A stretch of DNA of 64,000 nucleotides from the NCBI GenBank assembly GCA_964016885.1, contig OZ024746.1:16616001-16680000 (forward strand). The letters are read 5' to 3'. The stretch is from Eledone cirrhosa (lineage: Eukaryota). Positions 25,746 through 38,746 of this stretch are shown piece by piece (positions within the stretch are counted from its first letter, which is position 1; each line of letters begins with the position of its first letter). The position numbers and the translations under genes were made by a program. The notes under the pieces were generated by a model, which was not told the origin of the DNA, searched no databases, and worked only from the letters and a program-made list of their open reading frames with translations.

Positions 25746-26266
25746 TAAAGACTGGACAAGACATATTTAAAGACTGGACAAGACATATTTAAAGACTGGA
25801 CAAGACATATTTAAAGACTGGACCAGACATATTTAAAGACTGGACAAGACATATTTAAAGACTGGGCAAGACATAAAGACTGAACCAGACATATTTAAAG
25901 ACTGGACAAGACATATTTAAAGACTGGGCAAGACATTTAAAGACTGGACCAGACATATTTAAAGACTGGACAAGACATATTTAAAGACTGGGTAAGACAT
26001 TTAAAGACTGAACCAGACATATTTAAAGACTGGACAAGACATATTTAAAGACTGGACAAGACATTTAAAGACTGCACAAGACATATTTAAAGACTGGGCA
26101 AGACATATTTAAAGACTGAACAAGACATTTAAAGACTGAACCAGACATATTTAAAGACTGGACAAGACATATTTAAAGACTGGACAAGACATATTTAAAG
26201 ACCGGACAAGACATATTTAAAGACTGGACAAGATATATTTAAAGACTGGACAAAACATATTTAAAG
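25746..26266. repeat. 22-bp minisatellite with 20-bp variants, ~24 copies
   Basis: Unit aaagactggacaagacatattt. Confidence 0.95.
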
Positions 26267-26793
26267 AGATTTATAGGGAAAAACTTGGTTTATTACATAA
26301 ATAAAACATTATTGTTAAACTTGTTAATTTTATATATTGATAGTAACCTCGTGCCGTCAAGATTGACATTGATTCATGTATATATATGTATGTGTGTGTG
26401 TGTTTGTGTGTATATGCACACACACACACATATACTGGCTACATATATTGTAGCCAGTATATTGTAGTCAGCATATGTAGACAATTTATAATAGGCATAG
26501 AAATATGTCAACGTTTTATTTTTCTTGGTGCAATACTTGCTTATACATTGGCAGTCTCGGTAGAGAGTCAGACGCCATGCTTTGATGCATAGAGTTACGG
26601 TCCTTGCCATTCTGAGTTCAAATCCCGCCGAGGTTAACTTTGCCTTTCATCCTTACGATAAAATAAAGTACCAGTAATGCACTGGGTAATTGCTGGCCTT
26701 GTGCCTAAAGTAGAAACAATTATATACTCCATGATCTCTTCTGGACTTATATACCATATTTGCCTACTTAGTTATTATGATATATATATTATA

Positions 26794-26824
<31 letters not shown>

Positions 26825-26865
26825 ACAAAGGAATTGTGGTAAGGAACCAGATGGACCATAACGCA

Positions 26866-26906
<41 letters not shown>

Positions 26907-27519
26907 AATTAATATATCAAACGGAGAAAAAGAAAAAAATGTTTGTCATTGATACACTGGATATTGTACCTGATTGAGACTTTGACGTAAGTTAAACTAT
27001 GGTTTTATATATATATATATCATCATCTTTCGTGTTCAATACAAAAGATGAACAGACCTTCTTCAACACTTAATTTTTAATTTTTTTAAAATTCTTTTTT
27101 AATTATAATATTTAATATTTAATAAGATGGATGACATTGAAACTGGTAATATTTTAGACATTTTATATACTTTATAAAATTCCTTTTTTTTTTAAAATTG
27201 TTCTCATTTTTTTCAATAACTGTTTCTACATTTGGCACAAGGCCAGCAATTATCCCAGTGCATTACTGGTACTTTATTTTATCAACCCCGTAAGGATGAA
27301 AGGAAAAGTTAACCTCGGCAGGATTTGAACACAGACCGTAAAGGGCCGTAACTCCGTGCTGCAAAGCACGGTGTCCGACCCTCTACCGATACTCCCAATC
27401 CACCGCTGTCACTTTGACTGATCAAAGAAGAAAAAATATTCTTTAAATATATTTCCGTGTTGTTTCCATTCCTACTTTTTTTTTCTATCACCTCTGTTTT
27501 GTATAGAACCTTACTCCTT

Positions 27520-27560
<41 letters not shown>

Positions 27561-27585
27561 ATTTATTTATTTATGTTCATTCACA

Positions 27586-27733
27586 GAACAAAAATGCTAC
27601 CTAAGTGTTCAAGGCCCAATATTGACCATATCTCATATAAGTGCCTGAGGATTAGGTCACAATTTTGACACCTCTTACATTTTGCAGATGTGGTCAATAT
27701 TGGGCCTTGAAACCTTAGGTAGTGCTTTTGTTC
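27586..27733. repeat. Imperfect inverted repeat, ~48-bp arms
   Basis: gaacaaaa...ctacctaag..ttcaaggcccaatattgaccatatct pairs with agatgtggtcaatattgggccttgaa..cttaggtag...ttttgttc. Confidence 0.88.
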
Positions 27734-28010
27734 ATAAATATATAATATAAAATTTCAGGTCTCTTCTTGATTGAGCAGTTTTCCTTTTTCCTTTTTCACT
27801 CTATGTATATTGCTACACACATACATACATATATACATACATACATATATATTTTTTTCTAGGGCGGGTAAAATTCCCGAGATCCAGCGGTCTCTGTCCC
27901 CCATTATCGCTGTCATGTCCTGTGTATCCAACAGACCAGTGTCTGACCTTAGGGCATCAACATACGTTAACCTTGGTCTTCATCTTCCAGTGTGTCCATG
28001 TAGGGGCTCC

Positions 28011-28041
<31 letters not shown>

Positions 28042-28127
28042 ACATATATATATATATAATAATAAACAAGAAAGATGATTTCATTTGTACATCCCTTCAA
28101 CTGAATAAATACATATATATATATATA

Positions 28128-29009
28128 CTAGCAGTGGTACCCGGCGTTGCACGGGATAAAGTATTTTGGAACGCAGGCCGCCATCAGACCTAATCGTGGA
28201 AAAACTGCATGTGAGGACAATATGTAAAGAAAATAAACCGAATACCCTGATGGCCGGATAATATTTAAGATTTTCCTCGATGAAGCAGGAAAAATGCCGG
28301 TTTTCACCTAATGCGGGCCCTAGGGGATCAAGAAAATAATTTTTTTTTATGTGCATAATATGCCTTGAAATTTCGGGAACATCGGCTAGACGTAACTCCT
28401 CCAAAAAGCCCTAAAAAGTTGAAAAAATGAAGTTTTTCTCCAAATGCGGGCCCTAGGTCATTAAAAAAAGTTGGATTTGCTTTGCTCACTGTATGAGGAA
28501 GAGACTAATACATAGTTACAATTTCAAGGAAATCGGTCAAAAAACCCTAAAAAGCTTAAAAAACGCAGTTTTTCACGTAATGTGAAAGTTGAATTTTTTT
28601 TATGTGCATAACACTCCCTGAAACATACGCAATACACGTGTAAAGTTTGAAAAAGATCGGTTGGGTACTTCTCGAGTTTTAGGGATTCAAACTCACAGAC
28701 ACACACACACACACACAGAGACATCCCCAGGGAAGTGACGTAATGCAGACAGCAGATACAGACAGATATTATAAGGGCGTGACGTTATATGTATGTATCT
28801 ATTTAAAAAGAGAAAGACTAAGAATTATAGCTAAATTGCCTAATGCGGTCCCTAGGGCATTAAAAATTTGAATTTTCTTTTGCTCAGAACACTCCCTGAA
28901 ACATAAGTATTACATGTGTACAGTTTGAAAACAGTCGGTTGGATGTTTCTCGAGTTTTAGGGATTCAAACTCACACACAGACAGACATCCTCAGTTTTAT
29001 ATTTATAGA
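28128..29009 (-). mobile_element. Non-autonomous Helitron
   Basis: Minus strand begins A|TCTATAAATATAAAA with (GTCT)/(GT)n and ends cccg-tgcaacgc-cggg hairpin then CTAG|T. No TSD; internal tandem duplications. Confidence 0.85.
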
Positions 29010-29289
29010 TATATATATCATCATCATCATCATCACCGTTTTACGTTCGTTCTTCCACGCTAGCATGGGTTAGACGGGTTGTCCTGTTGTAGGCAGTGTC
29101 TGGTCGGCTGACCTTATCTTGCTCATACAGGAACTGATTCTGGCTTGATTTCTACAGCTGGATGCTCTTCCTAACACCAACATCATTTACAGTGAGTGCT
29201 GGGTGCTTTTTTGCCATGGCACCTCCACGACCACTTTGCAGTGGGAGGGTGTGGGGGCATATTGTCTATATGCTTCAGCTTCGGCTTGT

Positions 29290-30020
29290 ACCCGTGGGAG
29301 GTCGGTTACTCTGTATTACTGCGTGACGCCAGAGGTCACGGTCGTGTGTCATCGCCTTTGAGAGGTGTAATTGGGTAAGGTCGGCTTTTATCACCTCATC
29401 CCAGGTCTTCTTGGGTCTCCCCACTCCGCGGTTTCCATTGACTTCTAGTGCTCTGCACCTTTTTATGCAGCTGTCATCCTTCATACGCATCACATGTCCA
29501 TACCAACGCAACCGCCTCTCCTTCACACAGCATTTGATTCCTCTTATGCTCAGTCTCTCTCTCAATTCATTTATGCTTTGCCGTTCGCATATATTACTAT
29601 TACACATCCATCGGAGCATGCAGGCTTCGTTTCTTTCTAATCGACGTAAGTCTTCCACCTTCAGCACCCAGGTCTCACTACCATGTAACATTGTTGTTCG
29701 GATACACGCATCATACAGTCTGCCTTTCATTTTGAGGGGAAAACCTTTTGCAACTAGCAGTGTCAGTAGCTCCCTGAACTTCTTCCATCCCGTTCTTACC
29801 CCAGTTATTGTACTTTCTGAACACCCACCTCTGCTGCTAATTCGGTCACCTAGGTAGCAGAAGCTGTCTACTGTTTCTACAGAGCCCTCCCAGAGATTGG
29901 TGGTACTTGTTTCCTGTGGCTGTTTGCTGCTTTCTGTCCCAGCACAGCTGCTACATGTGAAGCCTACATTCTTAATTAAGCTTCCTGAGATCCTGCTACA
30001 TCTCTTGTGTACCCATTGTT
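29290..30020 (-). mobile_element. RTE LINE 3' fragment
   Basis: Encodes WVHKRCS, FCYLGD, GWKKFREL, MLHGSETW, RRLRWYGH and GRPKKTW. Confidence 0.9.
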
Positions 30021-30089
30021 ATATATATATATATATCATCATCATCATCATCATCATCCTCGTTTAACGTCCACTTTCCACGCTAGCAT

Positions 30090-30122
<33 letters not shown>

Positions 30123-30354
30123 CGTTATTCCGGGTTGAATCGGAGGTAACCACAGTAAGTAAGGTACTCAATACATAGCAGAGTATAAAAGTTTTAATAT
30201 AGATGAGATTCTACAGGATGATTTCTAAAGAATGAAACAGTTCTAGTCCTGTAGAATCTCATCTATATATATATATATATATATATATATTAGCAGTACA
30301 TATTCACATATGTGTGATTGCATAAAATCAATAAGAATTATCTAGTTTCAACAC

Positions 30355-30646
30355 TTCATGACATTTCATTGGGCCTTGAAAGTGCTTTCGGTGCTACACT
30401 ACATGCTTAACTGTGGGTCCTTCATGACGTTACAGTGGGCCTTGTATGTGCTTGGTGGTGCCACACTATACATTTAGCTGTGAATTCTTCATGACATTAC
30501 AGTGGGCCTTGAAAGTGCTTGGTGGTGCCACAACACATTTATGACATTACAGTGGGCCTTGAAAGTGTCCAGAGGGCCACTCTACATATTTAGCTGTGAG
30601 TTCTTCATGGCATTATAGTGGGCCTTGAAAGTGTTTGTTGGTGCCT
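30355..30646. repeat. Degenerate ~50-67-bp tandem repeat
   Basis: Recurrent catgacattacagtgggccttgaaagtgcttggtggtgcc. Confidence 0.8.
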
Positions 30647-30703
30647 ATTTCCTCTCTAAACCTTCAATACTTCACTGTGTCTAATCTGCCAGCAGAAGCA
30701 GTT

Positions 30704-30822
30704 GCATACACGCATGCTGGCATACACGCATGCTGGCATACACGCATGCTGGCATACACGCATGCTGGCATACACGCATGCTGGCATACACGCATGCTGG
30801 CATACACGCATGCTGGCATACA
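30704..30822. repeat. 16-bp minisatellite, ~7 copies
   Basis: Unit catacacgcatgctgg. Confidence 0.95.
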
Positions 30823-30930
30823 TACATACATTTATATGTATTTACATACATATACCATACACACACACATACATAGATACATACATACATGTTCGGACAT
30901 GTGATTGGTAAATAATTATTTATAGTGTTC

Positions 30931-31005
30931 AATAGATTCTGAAGAAATCAATACGGAAAGAATGTATTTTCTTACTGTATTGATAGAAACGTTCGTAAAT
31001 CAATT
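30931..31005 (+). ncRNA. Type I hammerhead ribozyme candidate with intact core
   Basis: Stem I aatagatt/aatcaatt; CTGAAGA at 30939-45; stem II atcaatacgg/ctgtattgat; GAAA at 30986-89; minimal stem III A-C-gttc-G-T; GUA site at 30995-97. Confidence 0.7.
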
Positions 31006-31085
31006 AAATTAATTTAATGTAATTTAATCCTGGTTATTTTTATTCATATATATACATTACAGTATATATATTTATTTATGTAATA

Positions 31086-31156
<71 letters not shown>

Positions 31157-31262
31157 AAATATATATATGTGTGTGTGCAATTACATACATAAGCACCTAT
31201 ATATGTGGTGTTCATATATATATGTATATTACACCAATAACAATATAAATAAGAACACTTAC

Positions 31263-31320
31263 TTGTAAACAAGGTGATGGAACAGGCCGTTAGCAGAAGC
31301 AGACTTACGTAGAAATTCAT
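31263..31320 (-). CDS. Probable first (signal-peptide) exon of the GH20 hexosaminidase
   Basis: ATG followed by MNFYVSLLLLTACSITLFT plus 1 nt, then a perfect gtaagt donor. Phase 1 joins exon 2 in frame (…LFT-T-LVIGIDQ…). Implies a ~25.6 kb intron; the link is inferred. Confidence 0.6.
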
Positions 31321-31604
31321 AACGTTTGGTTGTTGTCACCTGTCACCTCACTATAAGGTAACTGTCACCTGCTTGCTCACTCTTGTAACTATTCACTAAG
31401 ATACTGTCAACTTATAAGAATCTATGCTAAATAGCTAAACTGACCCAGTTGAAAGGAAATGTGGTGGAAGGGTGGCTGTCTGGCTGGTTGGTTGGGTGGT
31501 AGGAGTGGTATATGACAGATTGGATGGTCGAACGGTTCCTGGCATCTAGTGTGTGACTGTATATATATACGCAAGCAGAGAAAAGCAGACGTAAAAGATG
31601 ATGA

Positions 31605-31697
<93 letters not shown>

Positions 31698-32689
31698 AGA
31701 AAATGATGTTTTTTTTTAAATGAAAAAAATGAGATGTCCTACATGAATGAAAGTATAAGGAAAAAAGATGAAATTGAAAATGCAACTGGAGTCTTTTTAA
31801 GAATATTTGTTTCCTTTACCGGTTTCACAGTTCTTATGCTTTTCAAAAGTAGAATTGAGATGGAGGGTTTGTGATTTTTCTTGCATATATATATATATTA
31901 TATATATATAATGTTTTAAACTTCTATTTATGCCAGTCTAGAATTCATATTCTCCGTATTTTTCTCTCGGATTTTCAGTTAATATTTTACATGTTTTTAA
32001 TAATATGCCTCATTTCTGTTGGACCCTTCCTAAAAACTAACCTTCTCCTAATTAATTATTCTAGAACCTTCTTTCATCTGGCTCGCTAACTTTGTAAACA
32101 TTTTGCTCCTTCTCTCGTACCCCCCCCCCCCCCCCGCCTGGGTTAGGGTTACAAGGACAGAATTTATCTATCTAATCTATCTTATGGACAATCTGTCGAT
32201 TTTGAGAATATAAGCAAAACACTTGTCTTTCATTTTACTCCGCAGTTTCACCCGATGAGCAGTGTTTTAAACTTCTATTTATGCCAGTCTAGAATTCAAA
32301 TTCTCCGTTTTTTAATACTTTACATGTTTTTAATATGCCTCATTTCTGTTGGATCCTTCCTATATGCCTCATTTCTGTTGGATCCTTCCTAAAAACTAAC
32401 CTTCTCCTAAAGTTACCCATTTCCCACCCCCACACACCACCATTGCTATATGGTCCAATCATAACTCAGCGATTTATAGTAAGTTCTCTTACAAATCAGT
32501 ATAGCAAAGCTACCACCTCGGTTACTACTCCTTAAGTTTAGATCTGTTTGATAGGTGGACTGCGGCATTTGGAAAGTCTGAACACTCAATGACAATGTCA
32601 CAGATAAAGATAAATTCACCTCCCGCTGCAGGACGAGAATACAAGGACCCCTCTTTATTTCAGACACGGATGACCAACATAATTTCGTC

Positions 32690-34388
32690 TGTTGTAAACA
32701 CTAAATCCCTCACCCGTGAAGAATGCACCTCCCAACATAGCCTAGTAGTAAGTGATCTCATAGTCAGGAATAGACGTACTCGACAACAGAGGAGGCCTAC
32801 CTTGAGGAGAAGAATATGGAAGTTGAAGGACTCCATAGCCAGTGACAAATTTAAAAGCTTATTACTTGATGCTTTGACTGGTGGAACAGTAAGGTGGAGG
32901 AGACAATCAAAGCCTAAAAGCAGGCTTGGAAAGTATGGCAGGATGGGGGAAGTAGAGAACACTATCAAGTGGCCAGAAGAGAAGCTAGGAGACAAGTGTA
33001 CCTTGCAAAAAGGGAAACAGAGGATAGAAAGTTCAACCATGTTCTACAACGTGAGGACCAAAAACATGAGGTGTTCAGGATTGCTAGACAATGTGTCAAG
33101 GAAAACCGTGATATTGTCGGGGAGAAGTGTAACCATAATGATAACGGTGTACTTGCCCTCAGTGACACTGATAAGAAGATAGCTTGGAAGTGTCACTACG
33201 AGAGACTATTAAATGAGGAGAATAAATAGGATAAAGATAGTCTGCTCCAAATTGATCCAATAGAAGGACCAGCGGTGCAAGTTAAAGGTAGTATAATAAG
33301 TAAGGCAATCAAAGATATGAAGACAGGCAAGGCAGCTGGGCTTTTGGAGATAGTTGCTGAGATGTTGAAGGCATCTGGAATGGTCGGACATACTATGGTC
33401 ACCCGTATAGTGAACCAAGTAATACAGAATGGGGTCATACCAAAAGACTGGCGTAGCAGCAGCATCATTAACTACTACAAGGGTAAAGGGGATGCTCTAG
33501 ATAGGGGAAACTATAGAGGCATTAAGTTAATTGACCAGGTCATGAAGGTCACAGAAAGAGTTATAGCGCAACTAATCAGAGAGCGAATTGATCTAGATGA
33601 AATGCAGTTTGGGTTTGTGTCAGGTAAAAGTACCACAGACGCTCTTTTCCTTGTACAACAACTACAGGAGAAGTACATAGCTAAAAGTAAACCCCTTTAC
33701 TTAGCTTTTGTAGACCTGGAGAAAGCCTTTGACAGAGTTCCCTGCTCCATTATCTGGTGGGCTCTTAGAAAACTAGGTGTAGATGAATGGCTCGTGAGAG
33801 CTATACAAGCTATGTATAAAGAAACAGTCAGTAAGGTTAGAATTAAAAATGAATATTGAGAAGAATTTAGTCTAAAAGTTGGTGTTCATCAAGGCTCTGT
33901 CCTTAGCCCCCTCCTATTTATTATTGCTCTTCAGGCTATAACAGAGGAGTTTAAGACCGGCTGCTCATGGGAACTCCTATATGCAGATGATCTAACTCTC
34001 ATAGCTGAATCTATGGCTGAACTAGAGAAGAAATTCCAAACATGGAAGCATGGCCTAGAATCAAAAAGCCTTAAAGTTAACTTGTCTAAGACTAAAGTTC
34101 TAGTTTGTAGAAAGAAAAATAGAGCAGAGGTGCCTTCAGGGAAATGGCCATGCTCAGTGTGTAGGAAAGGAGTAGGCAGAAATTCCATTTTATGTCCCAA
34201 ATGCAAACTATGGGTACATAAAAGATGTAGTGGGATCACAGGTAAACTATCTAGGAACGTAGATTTTATATGTGGCCAATGCTCAGGTGCAATAAGTAGC
34301 AAGTGCCCACTGGATACTAGCTCCTTCTATTGCCCAGATGGTTCTAGAGAAATAGTGGACACTTTCCGTTACCTGGGTGACCTGGGTG
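32690..34388 (+). mobile_element. RTE LINE fragment (end of APE through RT) with Cys/His finger insert
   Basis: Motifs SQHSLVV, KGKGD...NYRGIKL, QFGF...STTDA, AFVDLEKAFDRV, GVHQGSVLSP, YADD and FRYLG; premature stops at ~33229 and 33859. Confidence 0.92.
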
Positions 34389-35501
34389 ACCTTAAACTAG
34401 AAGTAGAAAGTTGTACCAAAATAGTTAATTTCCTTGATGTTACCCTTAACTTAAATTCTGGTTTTTATTACCCTTTCCATAAGCCCAATGAAAACTTAAA
34501 TTACGTTAGTTATTACTCTAATCACCCTAAATCAGTGAAAAAAGCAATTGTAAATAGCGTACAAAAACGCATAAATAGAATATCTGCCCATAAATCAATA
34601 TTTGATGAAAATGCAGGATATTACAATGATGCACTGAAAAGGGCAGGTTATAAAAATAATATAGAATATATAGACAATAATAATCCGAGTTTTAATCCTG
34701 ATAAAAATAATGGCATATATAAACGAAATTCTATAAATTCTAATAATTGTAAGTCAAACACCTGTACTGTGAATAAATCAGGGAAAAGAACCAGAACTAA
34801 ATCAGTTATATGCCCCCCCCCCCTGGTTCTGTAGCAGTAAGAACACCAATAGCTAATCTATTTTTTAAAGCTTTAGATAGTTCATTCCCTAGTCAACATA
34901 AATACCACGCCATATTTAATAGACACACAATTAAATTGTCTTATTCTACAACTATGAATATGGCCCAAAACATCTCTAAAATAAACAGTATAATTCTAAA
35001 TCAAAATCAACATAATGATATTAATAATAGTGTTAATATAAATAATAATAAATCAAAATGTAATTGTAGAAATAAACCAGATTGCCCTCTGCAAAATAAT
35101 TTTCTGGATAGAAATCTGGTGTATAAATGCACTGTAAAAACAAATAACAACACATACAACTACATAGGAGCAACTTCTTCGACATTTAAATCGAGATTTG
35201 CGAATCACAAATGCTCATTTTCGAATTTTAATAGGAAGTCTTCTACTTCTTTATCACAGCTTATATGGTCATTAAAGACAAAAATTTAAAATACTCGATC
35301 TTTTGGACGAAGCTTTGTAATAGTGGAATTTACACAAACTCTTCAATATCAATTAACTGCAACCTCTGTACAAAGGAGACCCTATTAATACTTACTAATT
35401 ATGAAAACTTAATTAACAAAATAAGTGAATTATTCTCAAACTGCCTTCATAAAGCCTTGTCTACATTCCAAGCCTCGCAAAAAGTCAAGAAAAAACAGTA
35501 A
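34389..35501 (+). mobile_element. Penelope-like retroelement 3, 3' fragment (Naiad-type thumb + GIY-YIG)
   Basis: Motifs VNFLDVTLNL, SNHP, CNCRNKPDCPL, NLVYKC...YIGATSSTFKSRFANH and CNLCTKE; two frameshifts; same motif set as element 2. Confidence 0.9.
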
Positions 35502-36747
35502 ACAATCAGGCTTGATTTTTGACGTCTATTATCAACTGTTGAAATTATAAGTCATAACATTTTATAAAACTTTAATAATACTTTGTCTTCTAATCATTTA
35601 TAATAGAATCAATGTTTGAATAAAGGACACTTGTTTGATAACTTGTTTACTTGATAGCTATACATACCCTATGACTTTATATTGTTATGAGTGTTTGGTA
35701 TTCCCAGGAAGGTCGAACTTATATAATCATTTACTTAATATAATATAATATAAAATAATATAATATAATTTAATTTAATTTAACTTATTTTGTTTTATTC
35801 TATTTTAATTAAATTTAGATTACCTTCAGCTTTTTTAAATATTCAGCGCTTCTTTATATCACATTCGCTAACATATTTTAGAGATATCTTTTCTATACTT
35901 TATTAAAACCCTATTGCATTTATTTCTAATTTTGGGCATCGTTAAATTTCACAAATAATTCATTTTCTTATTTATCTATAGATATAACCACATACCAATT
36001 AACAAACGAAGGGGAAGGGTGGCAAGAGCTCTGGTGTAGCAGAAGAGAGGGGAGGGGTAAAGGGGGAGGGTGAATGGGCTTTGGGCCACAACATCCAGTC
36101 CAAATAAATGAGATAATGAGATCGAGATCGTGTAGATGTCACAACAAAAAAAAAAAACACAGTCCACGCTGTAATGTGGTCATGTAGGTAACATGGTAAA
36201 AAGTTCCCAGTTCCACACTGTAAATGTGGTTGTTAGAAAGGGCATCCAGCCATAGAAAACCTGCTAGATAGTCCTATGTGAGCGAGACACGGTCACCCGA
36301 CCAGCCTTGCCTCAAGTGGGACAACTCCCGTCTAACCCATGCTAGCGTGGAAGATAGACATTAAACGAAGATGATGATGATGAATATATATATATATATA
36401 TAATATATAATTCTGTTTCGCAGCCGATTTTATATTTGTACTCATTTATTCATAAGGCTGCTTTATACTCTGTATCTATGTGTCTGAGTGTGCTTATGTG
36501 TGTATACGTTCTGTATATGTATACGAACGCCTCCGTATGTGTGCGTGCGTGCGTGTATATATATGTGTGTGTATGTGTTTTTATATCTATGTTTTTTACA
36601 TTCTTATTTTTACGTGTGTGTGTGTAAGCAGGTGAATGTACGTGAATGTGTATGTATGTGTGTATATATGTATATGTATGTATGGGTGTGTATGTGTATA
36701 TATATATATATAGTCGCGTACGTACGTGTGATTAGATATACATGGGG

Positions 36748-36809
<62 letters not shown>

Positions 36810-37550
36810 GCCTCGTATGTATGTATGTACGCATGTATGCGCTTTTGTCTGTACGTATTTGTGTGTATAAATATTTTTTTATAGATATATGTGGATGTAC
36901 GTGCGTACCTATGTTTGTTTTCTTTTCTCTAGTTTTAATTGATTACTTTCTCTTTCATTTAAAATTTTTTTCATTCTCATATATTGTTTCATTTTTATAC
37001 ATATATCGAGAATGACACTTCTTTTTACTATTACACCCCCTCCCCTCTTTATCTTCCGCATATAAGTGACCACGCGTGCTTTCATACTCGTATGTGTATT
37101 TAATCCCTGTATCTGGATGCGTGTCAACTATATTATCATTTTCAACTGATATTATATCTGTATTTATGGTCACATATACACAAATATACTTGCCCTCATA
37201 TATGTACTTACGCACACATTTTCACCATACACATACATTTGTACATACACACATATGTACATTTGTGAGTGTATATACATACATATACACATACCTAACT
37301 ATATTTCCTTATATTTTTTATATATTTTTTATATATTTTTTTAATATATTTCTTGAGGAGACTTTCCAAATATTTCACTATGTTTTATATTACCTTGTCC
37401 GACGAACGAATGAGGACGTTTTTTTCGTATTCGTCTGGTAATGAGGTAATTATATTGTATTGTTTATTATACATTAAATTTTGCTCTGGTACTTACATAG
37501 AGCACTCTTCACTCCTATGACTTTTTCAATTTTCAATGGAAACTTCAATA

Positions 37551-37603
<53 letters not shown>

Positions 37604-38746
37604 ATAAATCACATTAATACATCAATTTTGCAGTTGAAGGATTAACATTTATTACATAACTGACACATGTTTCGCCAATAAGCAGATGAACAATATTGGA
37701 CGGTCTACCAAGTACTGAAGTGTGGCTACTGACCTGCCAGTCAGGCCAGGGGTGTGTCTCTCGCTTACATACAGACCTTCGGTCTACTGAGTGCACACTA
37801 AAGGATCCTCCCAACTCTTTGGGTATTATTGACTGAGTCAGTACTTAATAAGAGCTGCTATCCTCATTGACAGGTTGGGTGAATGCATCTTGCATGTTTT
37901 TTAAAGCTGGATGCCCTTCCTAACACTAACCACATTACAGAATGTACTGGGTGCATTTTATCATGGAATCAGCACTAGGGAGGTTGTTGTGTCTAGTATA
38001 ACTGAAGAGTCCTCTCGATTCTTTTGGCATGATTGCTATGACTGGATGTCCTTCCTAATTCCAACCCAATTACAGAGTGGACTGGATGCATTTTATAGTG
38101 GTACTAGACCTAGGGAGTTTGTCTTATCTTTGACACAACTGAAGTGTCTTTTCTACTCTGTTAGCATGATGACTAACGTTTGTTGCTCTTCTTAATGCCA
38201 ACCATTTTACTGAATGTATTTGATGCATTTATTGTGGCTCCAAATAATATTATATAAGTTTTTTTTAATATTTTAATATGATTCTTGGCTGTCACAGAAG
38301 CTATTCAATCTAGAACTAAATTCATACAAGAGGACAGAAAAATTGAGTGGCCAACATAGATTACATAAAAAACTAAACATCCTGTTTGGAGCTATCTTAT
38401 CTACAATGGCATACTATTTTTTGGGTTGATAAGTGTTTGGTTTGACATCAAGGTAGGTCTCATACAATGTCAGTTTTTTTTTTTTGTATTGATTTGAAAA
38501 AATATATTAGAGTGTGTATCTGCAATGTATCACGTGTGTCTGTGTATGTGAAAGAGAGAGTAAGTGTGTATATGAGTAAGAGAGAAAAAAAGAGTATTTA
38601 TGTGTGTATGTGTCTTTATTTCTAAAGAGGAACATTTTTTAATGTTTTCAACAACATGTGTATGAATCATCATCATCATCATCATTTTCTATATTGGCTT
38701 GGATTGGACAGGTTGTTACAGAATAAGTCAGGCTTAATTAGAGCCA

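Noticed and set aside
25746-26266. CRISPR- or iteron-like 22-bp array
   Set aside because: Contiguous minisatellite with no spacers, in eukaryotic context.
36436-37441. Cluster of YI/CV-rich ORFs (also many elsewhere in the window)
   Set aside because: Translations of (TA)n/(TG)n-rich sequence.
37390-37450. Hammerhead-like ccgacga-acgaat/attcgt hairpin
   Set aside because: No GAAA after the stem and a mutated CUGA; too degenerate to call.
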